64,000 nucleotides of DNA from Psammoneis japonica. Its lineage: Eukaryota. The DNA is taken from assembly GCA_008632985.1 (NCBI GenBank), contig QPGO01000150.1:1-64000 (forward strand), written 5' to 3'. Each line of letters opens with the position of its first letter. Positions within the stretch are counted from its first letter, which is position 1. The notes under the pieces were generated by a model. The model was given only the letters and a program-made list of their open reading frames with translations, was not told the DNA's origin and did not search any database. The position numbers and the translations under genes were made by a program. Shown piece by piece: positions 25,299-38,699 of the stretch.

Positions 25299-26810
25299 TT
25301 ATTCCTTACTACCGTCTCTGCTATTTTTTGCTAAGGCCAACATGGTTGCGTCGACAAGTTCTTGGATTTCATCATTGTCGTTCCAGCTTGATTGCACACC
25401 CTGTAGAATTCTCTTTACTTCCTTGGTATTCCACGTTGATTTGCAGTACGGTGTAAGATCTTGAATCGCAACCAAGGCGGCCGTGTGCAATTGCTCCACG
25501 TGTCGACTGTTACCGTCGTCGGTTTGCTCCAACACGCTGAGAATACCATCACACCATTGACTTGTAGTGAAGGATTCGACAATGGCCTTGTCCATTTCGT
25601 CTGTCGCCGCCGTGGGAGTCTCGTGTGGATGAAGCAAAACGTCCGAAACGACATCGTGTGCCAGCAACATGATTCGCTTGGTGAGCTTGAGGCAGGATGA
25701 TTCATCACACTCTTGTTGCATTATTTCCTCAAATGCGGATGAAAGAATTTGAGGACCATGCAGTGTCGTGACAAAGTATTCTTGAGCCATGCGATTCCCA
25801 CGCAGCAAGGCACCCAAGGCATACAAGACTTTTTGATACAGAGCTTCTCGTGAAATAACGTTGAGATGATCCTTGTCAAAGTGCTTTACGAGAAGCGACA
25901 ATACCGTGTCTCCGCTCGTAGACACCTTTTCAATAGCATACGGATAAAATTCGGGAGTATTCTTCACCATGGTACCAATAGCCCACGCGGCGTGTGCTTG
26001 AATGGCTTGAATTTTGTTTTTGTAATTTGTTTCATCTTGTTGTTGTTGTTGCGTTGTATTCTTGTAGTGCACGGTGTCATCCAACAAGGAAACCAGAAAC
26101 GGCCAACCACCCAAGGTATGAAAATCACGAGCCATGTCAATGTCGGATAAGTGGTATTCCAAATCTAAAAGAACCGAAACGACATTATCATTATGCAATT
26201 CTTCGATATTGTCCAGCTGTAGCGATTCCAAATGATTTGTTGGATTCTCGAGATAGGAGGAAAGACTGGCAATTCGATCCTTGAGCACCTGTGGCAAGTT
26301 GGCAAGTCCATCTTCGGCATCATGGAGTGCCTGTAGTTCTTGTTGTCGCTGAGTCCAAATTTCTTTTAATCGATCCGTATCCTCTACAGGAGGAAGACCG
26401 CCGATGCGTTCCAACTCTTCACGAGGCAATTTCGAAAGCGTCCGATGCATCATTTCAAAGTCATAGTTTGGTTCCCTCTTATTCTTTTCTTCTTTGGGTG
26501 TTTCTTGTACCATCAACGACGTTGATGACGATTCGTCCTGTACATTGCCTTGTGCATCCATCGATACGGCTGACGGTTCGTCGTCGTCGTCATCAATTAA
26601 CTTTACAAATTTCTCTCCCGTGGTCATGTCCATTCGAACATGAACTCCCGCAGGAATGGTATCGTTTTCTCCCACAACGGTCCATTCTTTCCCTACTTCA
26701 ATTTCCTTACTTGTTGTTATGGGTGAAAAGCATGCCAAGCAGAGGAATGCACAACACGCTGCGGTTGATGTCGTCCAGCGCCACATGTTGTTGTTGTTGT
26801 TGAACGTCAT
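25299..26810 (-). CDS. SIL1: SIL1/Fes1-family ER Hsp70 (BiP) nucleotide exchange factor
   Basis: Signal peptide; EWTVVGENDTIPAGVHVRMDMTTGEKFVKL N-terminal motif; LEYHLSDIDMARDFHTLGG and AAWAIGTMVKNTP ARM-like repeats. Confidence 0.8.
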   Translation of the reverse strand: MTFNNNNNMWRWTTSTAACCAFLCLACFSPITTSKEIEVGKEWTVVGENDTIPAGVHVRMDMTTGEKFVKLIDDDDDEPSAVSMDAQGNVQDESSSTSLMVQETPKEEKNKREPNYDFEMMHRTLSKLPREELERIGGLPPVEDTDRLKEIWTQRQQELQALHDAEDGLANLPQVLKDRIASLSSYLENPTNHLESLQLDNIEELHNDNVVSVLLDLEYHLSDIDMARDFHTLGGWPFLVSLLDDTVHYKNTTQQQQQDETNYKNKIQAIQAHAAWAIGTMVKNTPEFYPYAIEKVSTSGDTVLSLLVKHFDKDHLNVISREALYQKVLYALGALLRGNRMAQEYFVTTLHGPQILSSAFEEIMQQECDESSCLKLTKRIMLLAHDVVSDVLLHPHETPTAATDEMDKAIVESFTTSQWCDGILSVLEQTDDGNSRHVEQLHTAALVAIQDLTPYCKSTWNTKEVKRILQGVQSSWNDNDEIQELVDATMLALAKNSRDGSKE

Positions 26811-27405
26811 GGGTTCTTTTGTATTTTTGTGCCCCAGACTTCCAACTTCCCTCCAACAAAATGAAGTGGTCTGGAGGCACACGACTCAACCCTCTGTAGA
26901 TTGCTACGCATCAAGTACAAAGATTGACACGTGGAAGAGAAATTGGTGGCGGGAATGGTTCATGAGTACGAGCTCGACAGCGCCGTTCACGAGGTCCAAG
27001 TCAAACTCTCGACGGGACTGATGGTCATTGTTCACTGCAAAATCTGTCATTGACATTTATGTGGTCATTGTCAACATTTAGGCTGTAGTCTTTACTCGTA
27101 TTGTTCCAAACATAATGTCTTCTTCGGTCATGGGCATAGGACAAGTCTTTGTCTACATTTACAGTCCTGTACACGTAAGAGGCATATTATAGTATGCGCT
27201 ACTATTGGTCGGACGAATACTGTACTGTAGGCTTAAGTATTTCGTTCACAAATTCGCTCACAAACACTATTGTTGTGACCCCCGCAATTCGGGAAGCGAA
27301 GCATAGCCGCTACTCTAATAGAGTGTATTGTGTAGGCCAACCCGAAGGCAACAACAGCCTTTTTGCCAATCAAAAACGAAAAGAGTAGGACTCTATCGTG
27401 CATAA

Positions 27406-30400
27406 ATGACAACCATAATGACGACAATGATGAAGCGGTGGACCATTGAATGTGTTGCAATTCTTGCGCTTTCCTCTCTTTTCGTGCTTGTCAATGGGGT
27501 CAACGATGGAATCGCCATTTTTTCCGACGGTTCCAGAAATCCTCCAGGATACGCTCTTTGGAATGGATATGACTTTGAAGGGTCTCAGGAAATGATTGAC
27601 ATTAGTGGATATTGGCGAATTATACAGGGCGCTTACTCTCCGAAAGAAGACCAAGCCATTGTAATTGGAGTCACAGACGACGAAGTGGTCACGGGGCAAA
27701 TATATGAAAACGGACGTTGGAGTGATCTACCCTTTACGCCACTGGATGATCGAGCAAGCAATTCTTATTGGTGGGGATTTGATGTACGATACGAATCTCA
27801 AAGTGGGCATCCATTAGTTGTATATCATGAAGGCAGCAGAGACACGATACGATACGCATCGTGGACGGGGTCACGGTGGAGCATGGGAACGATCAACACT
27901 CCTGTTCGTGGTGGAGAGCACGATGAACTCAATTTGGAGGCGAGTCCTAAAACAGACGAAATTGTTCTGATTGTGGCCGTCAGATCTGGAAACGACTATG
28001 CAATCGTGTGGGATGGAGACAGTTGGGGAGACGGCGTCGACTTGAGAAACGGAGACAATGACGATCTTACCAATGTCAACGTGGCATATGAACAAAAAGT
28101 GGCCGAGCAATGGTTATTTATGCTGCCAGATCAACTTCGTTAAAATACCGAATATGGAATGGTACTCTTGGAGTGTAGAGCATTCTGTGTCAGCACCCAG
28201 CGGCATTCGAAACCGTATCCGGCGTGTCGCGATTGGTGCGGATCCGTCTACCAATCGCATTGTCGTGGGCGTGACATCGTATTCCGACAATGCCTTCTGG
28301 GTGCTGTATGGGGTGGGCATGGCATTGGGAATCAAAGATTCGAGTTGCATCAGGGTCGTCTGCAAGCATTTTCCATGGAATCGCTGTAGCGTTCGAGGGA
28401 ACTTCCCAGCGGGCGTTGGCCACCTATACGCAGAGCAGTGATGAAGTCCAATATATTACTTGGTCGCCAAGCTCGGGCTGGTCTGGTGAACTACGGGCCC
28501 CAATCTTGGAGCTCGACCCAACTCAATGATGCTATATACAGATCATGGAAGTAACGACATTATGTTGGCTGTTCAGGATAATGATCAGGATGCCAACTTT
28601 TGTAAATGGGATGGCTCTGACGGTAGTGGGGGGCGTCACAAGACTGACCTCAAACACTGGCGAAAGTCTGAACAAGAACCAGCCCTATTTTTTCATGTGG
28701 AAGCCAGTGACATCTACCTTCCTCCAACACCCTTGCCAACACGTCAGCCGACTCCCCCACCTACTTCAATGCAGCCTACCGCATCGCCGACGTCCTCTCC
28801 AACTGAAAAACCAACGCTTTGTGTCGACGACCCACCAGGTTGGCATGATAGGGATGGAGAACAGTACAACTGCGATTGGTACAGAGAGGACGACAACTGC
28901 CAACAATATGGAAACTTCTTCGAAAACTTCGGCGCCGTCGCCAATGTGGCTTGTTGTGGATGCGGTGGTGGAAACCGCCTGGCAGTCGATGAGATTACTC
29001 CAACCCCAACACCTCAACCAACACGTTCACCTACCGCCAACCCGACGGAGACGCCAACTAATTTTCCGACGGCGTATCCGACGTGGGAGCCGACAGAATT
29101 CCCAACAGATTTTCCAACGTGGGAGCCATCAGCAGCACCAACAGACAAACCATCAAACAAACCATCGCCTATTCCCACAAGATCTACGACAGCTTCTCCT
29201 TCAGATGCCCCTACAAAGAAACCGACACAACTTCCAACACGCACACCAACACCACCGCCATCTCGCCTGCCAACTCCACAGCCTTCGCCACTACCGACGA
29301 TTAGCCCCACCCGTCTCCCATTACAGCTACTCCGTCAGCCAATCCGACTGACCTCCTACCAGGAACCGTCAGCCAAGCCGACACAAGGACCAACAAGGTT
29401 TCCAACAAAGGCGCCATCATCAAATCCGACTGGATTCCCAACCCCGGAGCCATCAGCCAAACCGACACAAGGACCAACACAAGTTCCAACCCCCGAGCCT
29501 ACATTGCACCAACTCAAAGTCCCACTTCTTTTCCACCACTCCCTAACACCGTCTCCGACTCAACGAACAACTGAAACACCGACAAGCGGTCCAACTAGAA
29601 CCCCGACCGTTGCCCCAACCACGTCACCAACAATCGCGCCAACGACAAAGCCGACCGAGACAAACACCCCAACCTTCTCCATCGCCGACAACTTTATCGC
29701 CATCTCCGCTACCGACGGTTAAGCCAACGGGTACTCCTACTCCAGTTCCGACAAAGGCTCGTGGTGCTGGAGTGTTTGATCCTTCTCCATCACCAACCAA
29801 AACTAGTTCACATACAACGGCAAGATGAAGCAAAATCAGTTAAAGCTGGAAGACCGTGCAACAGTAACAACGAATGCATATCAAATACATGCCGGAGTGG
29901 AGTTTGTATGTACTCGTCAGCTTGCTATCCACTGAAGCACAAGTTTGGGACCCAGTTTCACAAACACAGAGTCAACATTGTGTTTGTCGCCTCTGGATTC
30001 AATACCGCGACCAAAGACGAGTGGAAAGATCGGGTCGACCATACCTCAAGTCGTTTGAGAACTACACCTTTTTCGGAAACAACATTGAACAACTCAACAT
30101 GTTTCGAGTTGATCCATGGAAGCTGGACTCATCGTTCTGCTCACCCGATTGTGCAGGAATAGCTCGACTTCTCTGCTGTGACCAGCTGCGAGCTATGGCT
30201 CTGGCAACCAAGTGCTTCCCTGTTGGCTCAAATCTTCAGACGGTTGTTATACACAACTCAGAACTATACGGCGGAGCAGGATATCGATTTGACAATATCG
30301 CCACCGTCACTGTGCATCCGCGAGCGCCCTTGATTGCAGCGCACGAGCTTGGCCACTCGCTGTTTGACTTGACGGATGAATACAGCTACGGACCTGGAAC

Positions 30401-31154
30401 GGATAGCGAGGCGAACTGCGCCTCAACCAGCAAATGCGACAAGTGGTCCGATCTTATCGACAACACTCCCGCACGGTATGATCCCGTCCAGTGCTTGCCT
30501 GGTTGTCGAAACAACAACTTTTATGTCGCATCACGATCCTTCATGAACGATCTGAACAGTCCCATGGGAGCTGTCAATGAAGATTCACTTGCTGCACCTA
30601 TCAAGCCTTGACGAAATCCTTCCCGGCCTATTGCAATGTCTTTGACCCGTCCCCAAACTATCTCTTGAACTACTGCCGCGACAAGGACTACCAACAGTAC
30701 GGAAGAGCCAGCTACGATGTGGAACCGCTCTTGTCTATAACCGACGGCCACTCGTCAAGATCCCAACACCAGATTCGTGCAACTGGACAAGCCCGTGTTT
30801 GTGTCCATTGTACCAAGGACAACAGTCGGGCGAACAAAGTATCGAGCGAAAAAGCAAACGCCGCTCGATCCCGGAATGTTTCTTCGTCGCGTGTCCAAGG
30901 TGACTTCCCAGCCCCAAAAAGGCGAGAAAAGCTGGTTTAGATTCGCTGCTCAAGGTGCTGGTATCTATCGCACAGGAAGAGAGACGTTGTATTTTGCCTT
31001 GAATGCAACAGTCGAAGTGCCGCTGGCTGAAGATACAGAAATTGATGAGGAGGAGCCACTTGTCGCCTCTGTAAAGGCAGATAGCATCAACATTATTTTG
31101 GATACCAAAAGTCGAACGATAAAGAGAATAGGAGTCAAGGCTATTGATCTGTGA
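27406..31154 (+). CDS. Second M64-like secreted metalloprotease, paralog of 8718-11944, with longer Pro/Thr stalk and an extra Cys-rich module; multiple frameshifts
   Basis: Colinear similarity: NDGIAIFS, WRIIQGAYSP, WWGFDVRYESQSG, ADPSTNRIVVGVT, AGRPCNSNNECISNTCRSGVCM, AAHELGHSLFDLTDEY, VFDPSPNYLL; split over about 8 ORFs by 1-bp indels. Confidence 0.8.
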
Positions 31155-31560
31155 TAAACTAAACCTGGTATTTTTGAACCACTCAACATTGCTGCACAGC
31201 TCATCAATGCATCTGCATAAAACTTTTATTGCGACAGTCTTTAGGAGTGTGACGAATCATCTACATAAGCAACTGATTGCGACAATCTTTGGAGCGCAAC
31301 ATAGCAAACATCGGCACGGTCGGCATGCACATTCATTGCTCGCATTCGAACTTGCGAAATCAAAGATACTCGTGACTCAACAGGACCTTCAGTCGCGTCG
31401 GCGTCGCAAAGGAGTCGTCAGTACGTCGGCCGTAGTCGTTAAAATACAAAATTACTGTACATTGTACATACATGATTTTACGTAGATCGTCGTAGAATAG
31501 AATCCTGCATGTTGGATGTTCTGCGGCGCATTGGAATTCTTTTGCTCACTTCAGTCGGCC

Positions 31561-33735
31561 ATGGCGACGGAGCCCAAGGACGACGCTGACGATTTGTATG
31601 CCAATCTCGGGTTGGAGACACCGGCTCCCGATACTTTAATTGACGACAGAAACAAGAAGAAGGAAATACCATGTCGAGCTCAGGAGAAACAGGTACATCT
31701 GGTGCCGAAGCTACGGCAGAAGAGACAAAAAATGAGGCAGAAATTCAAATTTCTGACGAAGAAAAAGCTGAGAAAACTACGGAGCAAGAAAACGAGGAGG
31801 AATGGGAAAACGTTTCTGCTCCAGAGTCCCCGGAGGCAAAGAAGCCATCGTCTCTCAAGGACGAGATAAGCGTGATTAACGAGCTTATGCCAATTCAACC
31901 CGAGGATGTTCTCCCGAGCAGAAAAATCCGGTTCAGCATGTTATGGACGGTATCGGGAAGAACGCCAAGAACGTGGTGAAGAACGTCAAGGGCTGTATGG
32001 ATGATCACGTGGTTCCTCATGTTACCAACTTTCATAAACAAACCTCTGAAAAAGTCAAGGCTCTTTCGCAAAACACAAAGTCTGCCATGAATGAGCACGT
32101 GACTCCCAAAGTACAAGGCATCACCAAGCGCACCTCCGAGACCTTTTCGAAAATGGAGAAAACACCTCTCGTACCTTTACCGATCTGGGTACCAATACGG
32201 CACAGGGCTTTTCGGCAATGACAGCCAGCACACGTGGCGCTCTGGATGAGCATGTGGCTCCTCATGTAGAAAAGTTCAAGAGCGAAACCAGCATGCGCAT
32301 GGCTCAAGTGGGCGAGTCGACCAAAAAGGCAGTAGACGAGCACGTTGTGCCCCACGTCAATACCGTGTCTCGAATTCCAAGGCTGCCTATCAGCGTGTCG
32401 CTTCCAAAGCAGTCGAGTATGCTCCCTATTACATGGGTACGGCGCCGGGTATTTCAGAGTATGCGTCAAGACCCGATGGTAGCATTCCTCCTCGTTTGCT
32501 ATTTTTGGTGGAAGGGACCATGCGCAGCTTTGGTCAAGTGGTGTTCTCGAATAATCCAGTGACGGGAGTATTCATTTGGGTTGGGCTCCTGGTGGCGTCG
32601 CCTCTAGCTGCTTTGTGTTCGCTGGCATGCTCTACAACGGTAGGTACTCTACATGTCTATGATTTTCTGCTTATTTATGTATTCTTATGGTGTCCTTATG
32701 CTCACGTAAGTCCTTCTTATTCATTCATAGATTAATCTCACGGCCCTTGGCTTGGGTATGGACATGACCATGATGCGAAAGGGTCTATTTGGATACAACG
32801 GGGTATTGGTGGGATGCGGAATCGCCACCACGATTGTCTTTGAAGAAGACGCGTGGTTATGGGCCAAGATTCTGTCGGTTGTCGCGGGACCCATGACTCT
32901 CATGGCATACATGTACTCGACCCGTGTCCTTTCCAAGCCTCTACAGTTTCCTTTCTGTGGTGTCATGTTGTTCCTCTTGCTTGGTGCCAAAGTGTTGTGG
33001 CAAGAAAATGACATTGTGGTGGTACAACAAGACGTGTCGCTGAATCTCTTTGACGCCTTGTTCCACGGTATTTCGAAGATCTTTTTCGTCGAGTCCGTCT
33101 GGAGTGGTATTTTGATGGTTGTCGGCATTACGCTCTGCAGTCGCATCATGGTTCTTTCCCTACTCGTGGGTTCGTTGATGGGTGGTATTGTCGGAGGTTT
33201 GGCAACAGGCAGTGCGGCACTCACGAGCGGGCATGGCGGGTTTCAATGCCGCTCTCACAGTGGGAGCGCTGAATTTCTTTCTTGTACCAGCCAACAAGTG
33301 GTTCTCGTTGGTTCTGGGCATTTTCGGCATCCTCTTTACGTTGGTGGCTCAGACGGCTGTCATGCAAGTCTTGTCGTTATTGTAAGTGGCGTTCTACAGC
33401 ATTGTAGAGTTGCTTTGAAACCTTTGATCTGACTTGCTCGCCTCGTTCTCTTTAGGTCGCTCCCGTTCTTGACACTGCCATACTGTATTGTCATGCTCTC
33501 TATTTTATCTTTGGAGACTGAGACGTGGTTTGGAGAGAATGCATTAATGTCTTTTGTTGAAGAGTTGAGTACACCTGAAGAGCACTTAAAACGTTCCGTC
33601 AAGGTGGACAATGCGGCTTACGATACCATTGTCGAAGAAGAAGACATGACAAACGTGAAGAACGCGGACGTGGAAGCCACCTTGTCAGACGACACGACAC
33701 CCAGTGAAGACACGCCTCTTTTGGCCAGCACGTGA
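31561..33735 (+). CDS. Urea transporter (UT/SLC14 family) with a long hydrophilic N-terminal extension; introns ~32640-32730 and ~33382-33455; frameshifts
   Basis: EGTMRSFGQVVFSNNPVTG, GLFGYNGVLVG, GISKIFFVESVWSG, GFNAAL and PFLTLPYC match the duplicated UT motifs. Confidence 0.8.
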
Positions 33736-34409
33736 TGCGCATGGAGTGAAGTAGTATTTGCAATGACTCTCTACAGTAGGTGTGGGTTTCTGAAATTAAA
33801 AGCGGTTCGACGGTAGTGCAGTTTAGTAAAAGTTGGGTTTGTTGTGGGGATGATTACGTTGTTGCTTCATGGCGACTTTTTTACATAATGTTCTGCATGA
33901 GTTATCAGACTACTCTTGCCATAGCGACCGTGCTCCGGCCCATACCGCAAAGCATTCCTTCTCCCTATCGCGCACCCATACAGTCATTCGCATGATGGGG
34001 CATCGTCGGGACTAGCGGTGGAAATCCAGCGAATGTTGACTTTTCCTCACTTTTCGTCGTCGGACTCGCAATAAGTAGAGAGATTTTTTGCTTCCATGAA
34101 ACTACGTTGTTCATGAGGCGTCTGCGAAGCCCCCCGACCTTCCCCAAAAACCGAGAGTTGCTTTGAACTTTTCGAACGACAGGTGAGGCTGTAGTTACTA
34201 AAGGGCTCTACTGTAGGTATGATAGCATAGATCATGATGCTGAAGTAAAAATGTTTAACGTAGCAAACACGATTTGAACCTGTGGCGTTAAATCTTTTTG
34301 GAAAATCTGTTTGATACAGCATGCGATTGGAGATGTTTATCTCATGCTTCGGACCGCAACACTTTGTGCGGCTTACCGATAGTTCGTGATAAGTTCTATC
34401 GTGTACACT

Positions 34410-37400
34410 TCAAAAGGAGCACGTACAAATGTTATCAGTTGCTCCTTTGCTGCATGACTTCGATCGTTTTGTGCAAGTCACTCCGCTACCGTTTGCGTCT
34501 GCAGAAATGCAACGACCCCCCTGGAACATACAGAAATCATCGCAGCTGTCGCCGTCCAACTCAACATAGGCTACACACTGCGTTTCGGTCTGGTCGCACA
34601 GAAGGAAGTCTTTGCCATTGTGGCTCCTACAGGATGACTTATTCACCGAGCATGTGCAAATATTGTCTCCAACCTTGTTACTGCAGGACTGTTGATGATA
34701 GCAAGTATTTCCATCCCCAGTCGATTCTACAAAAGTACATGTACCCCCCTGACTCTTACAGTAGTCATCGCAGCTGTCACCCTTTAGCTCAACATATGCT
34801 CTACACTCTGCTTCAGTCTCCTCACACAAACGGAAGCCTTTGCCATTGTAGCTTCTACAGGATGGCCATTTGGTCGGTGACGACGGCGCCGGAGGTGGAG
34901 GTGGGCGCTCACGAGAATCTCCAACGGAGCAAGAACAGATATTGTCTTTCAGTTCATCGCTGCACTTTGTTGGCCCTTTGCTCGAACAAGAATCACCTGC
35001 ACTTTCTCTTGCCGAGATACAATATCCGCCTTGCTTCGTGCAAAAGTCATCGCAGCTGTCACCATTTAATTTGACAAAAACGATACATTCATTTTTGCTT
35101 TCATCTTCTTCACATAGGAGTATGCCGTTCTCATATCCGGTGTTACACAGTGTCGACGGTGGGAACGACGTGGCTGGGCAAGTATTGCAAGCGACCGGAC
35201 AAGCCTCGTAGCCAGACAGAGTGAAGCCTTCCGCGTTCTTGCCTGTTACCCCGCAAGAGGACGGTTCTGCCTCCAAGGATTTGCAATCCATACGAATGAA
35301 GAAAAAATACCCTACCCAATCTTTGTCATCTTGACATTCAATACTATCCGTTGCTGTGAGAGATTTTGACGGAACAGGCGTGGGTGACAATGTTGGGGGG
35401 AGCGTTGGTGGAGCTGTTGGTGCAAGCGTTGGAGACTTTGTGGGTATCGTTGTAGGCTGGTTTGTCGGATATGACGTAGGATGAATCGTTGGAGGTGGAG
35501 TCAAAGCGGATGGTGCCGCCGTTTGTTCTGAGACCCTTGTGAAACTGCATTTTCCACATGAGAGGGGACATCCGTCGAAGGCCGATACAGAGTTGCTCTT
35601 CTCATCTTGCCCAACAAGCTTGCACCGCGCGGGATTCTTTGCAACGAACTTGCACTTTTTTGTAGAACCATTCTTCGTGAAGACCCAGTTACCATCGTCA
35701 CGGCATTCGGAAGGTACCTTTTCTGTGCTGTGAGCCTTGTTTGCACCGGTGATGGTCGGGGTGTCAGTAGCAGATATTGTTGGGCGTGACGTCGGCACTC
35801 GGGATGATGGAGAGAGGGTCGGGTACGTAGTTGGGACCGACGTTGCTGTTCTGGTTGGTGCCGATGTTTCAATCACATCACTTATCGAGCAAGTCCCACA
35901 TGTTCGTGGACACGCCTCGTAGCCAGATGCATCATTTCCTAACGCATCTGTTCCGATTAGTTGACACCGCGACTCAGATTTGGATTTTAAGTACCTGCAT
36001 GGCTTGCTCACCCCGGCTTTCGTCGTGAAGCTCCAGAACTTATCATCAATACACTCGTCTTCAGGCCCGGGGCGAACCTGTGTTGTTGTTTCTTCGTCCG
36101 AAACCGTAGATAGTGTCGCGGACGAGAGTGTTGGCGACATGGACGGAACGAAAGTCGCGGGTTCTCCCGAAGGTGCCAGCGAAGGAGAGGACAATTCTTC
36201 CGTTTTCAAACCAAACCTGACTTTGTCTATGGGCCCAAAATTCCCACCATCTTTCTCCAGTTGGCCGTCAAAGTAAACCGAGTAACGTCCTTCGCCATAG
36301 TTGCAACAGATTCCGTCGTTCTCGCGGTCTCGAATGGTAAAGGTGTAGCTGTCGACAGGCAAGCAGAGTCTCGTGATGATGGTCTTCTCACTTCGAAGCC
36401 CATAAGCAGATTCAATGACGTCGTTTTTGGAATTAGTTAGAACCCAAGACGTTTCCTCACCCCACTTATCGGTCGTCAGATTGAGCATAAAGACCTTATC
36501 TTCGCAAAGGAACTCTGTCGGTGAAGGTGTTGGAGGTTGGGTATAAAGAGGATCTTGCTTGCAACCACCAATTGCTCCATTTGAGAGTGGCTGCGGGGAT
36601 TCGCCGCCGGCTGAACATCCATCGAGCTTCAACCGATCATAGGCTTCCTTTGCTTGGACCATCCCAAATCCGGACTCGGTGTCACAACCGGATTCTGATA
36701 TATCTCTGGCAGTTCGTATCAGAACGTTTCTGATTTGGTGGTTCGAACATTCTTCAAAGTGAGACCACAACAAGGCAGCAATGCCTGCTACAAAGGGCGT
36801 TGCCATAGAAGTGCCTTTTTAAAAGAGAAATCACGGAGAAATCAATGAGGCCTAGTCATACAATGTTGAAAATGACTGGATTTATCCGCAGACTTACCAC
36901 TCCAGCCATCGTAGCCATACTCTGATCTACCAAACTTTGGAACTGTAGAAACAATGTCGACCCCGGGAGCAGCAAGCTCCACTTGATCGTTGTACTGAGA
37001 GAAAGGTGCAACTGCTTCATCCTGTCCAGTTGCAGCTACCGACATTACGGAAGGGAAAGATGCCGGAAAGGCGTAAGATGTGTCGCCTGCATTCCCAGAA
37101 GCAGCAACCAATAAAACACCTTCGTCGTATGCGGCTTGGAATGCATTGCGAGCTATGTCACTTTTTTCGTCTCCTCCAATACTCATACTTATTACCTTGG
37201 AACCGGCTGCGATGCAACCTTCGAGTGCCTTCAAGACAAGGAATTCAGATCCTTCACCTTTCGCATCCAAAGCTTTAGCTACGTGGAAATTGAAGCCTGA
37301 CATGTTTCGTAGAATGCCCGCAACACCAATGTCGTTGTTTCCTAGCGCCCCAATTGTTCCCAGGCAGTGTGTGCCGTGGCCATAATCATCCACCCTCCAA

Positions 37401-38038
37401 TCACCAATCCCGGTGTTTGTTCCCGTCACGCCTTCCATGGGAAGATCCGGATGTCCCAGAGCCATGCCACTGTCAATGATGCAAATCGTCATATTTCCCG
37501 TTTGCGAAACGTTCCTCGGAATGTCCCATAATTGATCCGCTTGCACCATTTTCATGCCATATCCGACATTTTCATTCACGCGACGGCGTTGCTCTTCCGG
37601 TGCGAGTGGTTTCTTGGGGCGCTCCCGCGGTTGTAGTGCATGTACTTTGTGATTGAGCTCGACGAAATCAATATTAGGATTGTCCAACAACTCTCGAATT
37701 GCTTCTCTGTCGATCGTCTCGATCGACATAATGGGATGGTGCGGTAGTCTCTTGGATTTGACTCTCGACACCTTTCTCGCCAAAGACTTTCCTCTCCCAT
37801 TTTTGTACTTTACGAACAAAGATATTGCCTCGGTCAGTTCGTTGTCATCATCCGCGGCGATTCGAAGGATCTCAGCGCTTCCCGCGGACTCTTTTGTCCA
37901 CTTCTCTTTGCTCCTTTTTCTTAGCATCGACACGGGAGGAGATGTCTCGTTCGAAGGCAATTGGCAATCTGCGACTTGCAACATCACGGCACACAGCGCC
38001 GCTCCGATCCATGGTGTGCGAAGAAAGGAGAAAGTCAT
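34410..38038 (-). CDS. Secreted subtilisin-like serine protease (S8) with C-terminal beta-sandwich, ShK-like Cys modules, Pro/Thr linkers and three Cys-rich repeats; intron 36815-36897
   Basis: Signal peptide and propeptide; triad ICIIDSG, GHGTHCLG, W-S-G|TSMATP across the intron; AASGNAG oxyanion Asn. Confidence 0.92.
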
Positions 38039-38222
38039 GACTGAACCAAAGCAGAAGCTTCTTTTTTCTTCATCGCACTGTCAAGCCAACACATGCACTA
38101 ATCGAATTGTGATGGCTGAAAAAGTTTACTGTCACACCAAAACACACGAAGTCATTGCAGGAACGTGGGGCATAATTGGAATCATGTGTCGCTCTTTTGC
38201 TTTTCATTGCAGTGTGGCGCAC

Positions 38223-38428
38223 ATGACCGCGATGATTTTGGCGGTTGTGTAGAAGCCACGTGGGAATGAACTTGGTCCACGGGTGGGAACCTACCTATCA
38301 GTTATCGGACTGACATTGTTTTTCGTAGCGCTGTGTAGACTGTGTATAGAAACTCGAGTCATTATGACCGCGATGATTTTGGCGGTTGTGTAGAAGCTAC
38401 GTGGGAACTTGGTACACGGGTGGGAACC
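38223..38428 (+). repeat. ~65-bp direct repeat (two copies) upstream of the subtilisin gene
   Basis: ATGACCGCGATGATTTTGGCGGTTGTGTAGAAG...GGGTGGGAACC at 38223-38291 and 38364-38428. Confidence 0.8.
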
Positions 38429-38699
38429 AATATTTGAATTTTGTCTCATTCCAACCGTCGGAACCAGCGCAGGCGATTGCTCGCCATGTGTATCTACACT
38501 TTGGTAATTCGTGTGTATCTACGGGCCGTTATAACATTTATGTAAATTTAACGTAAATGACCAAATGACACCCCAACGGAAACATTCAAAAATTGGATTC
38601 AACAAAACCAGACATGAGGGTTAGTACAATCGTCGGCTTTTTTTCGGCACAAAGTCAACAAAACGCCATCTCGTCGTACCTCAATCGATCGTGCAGAAC

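Noticed and set aside
27406..33735. Many frameshifts in the second M64 gene and the urea transporter (also at ~2440, 17560, 17770, 19085, 19600, 25165) read as pseudogenisation or programmed frameshifting
   Set aside because: They are 1-bp indels, often in homopolymers, without accompanying nonsense or missense decay; long-read assembly error is the simpler explanation. Needs read-level confirmation.
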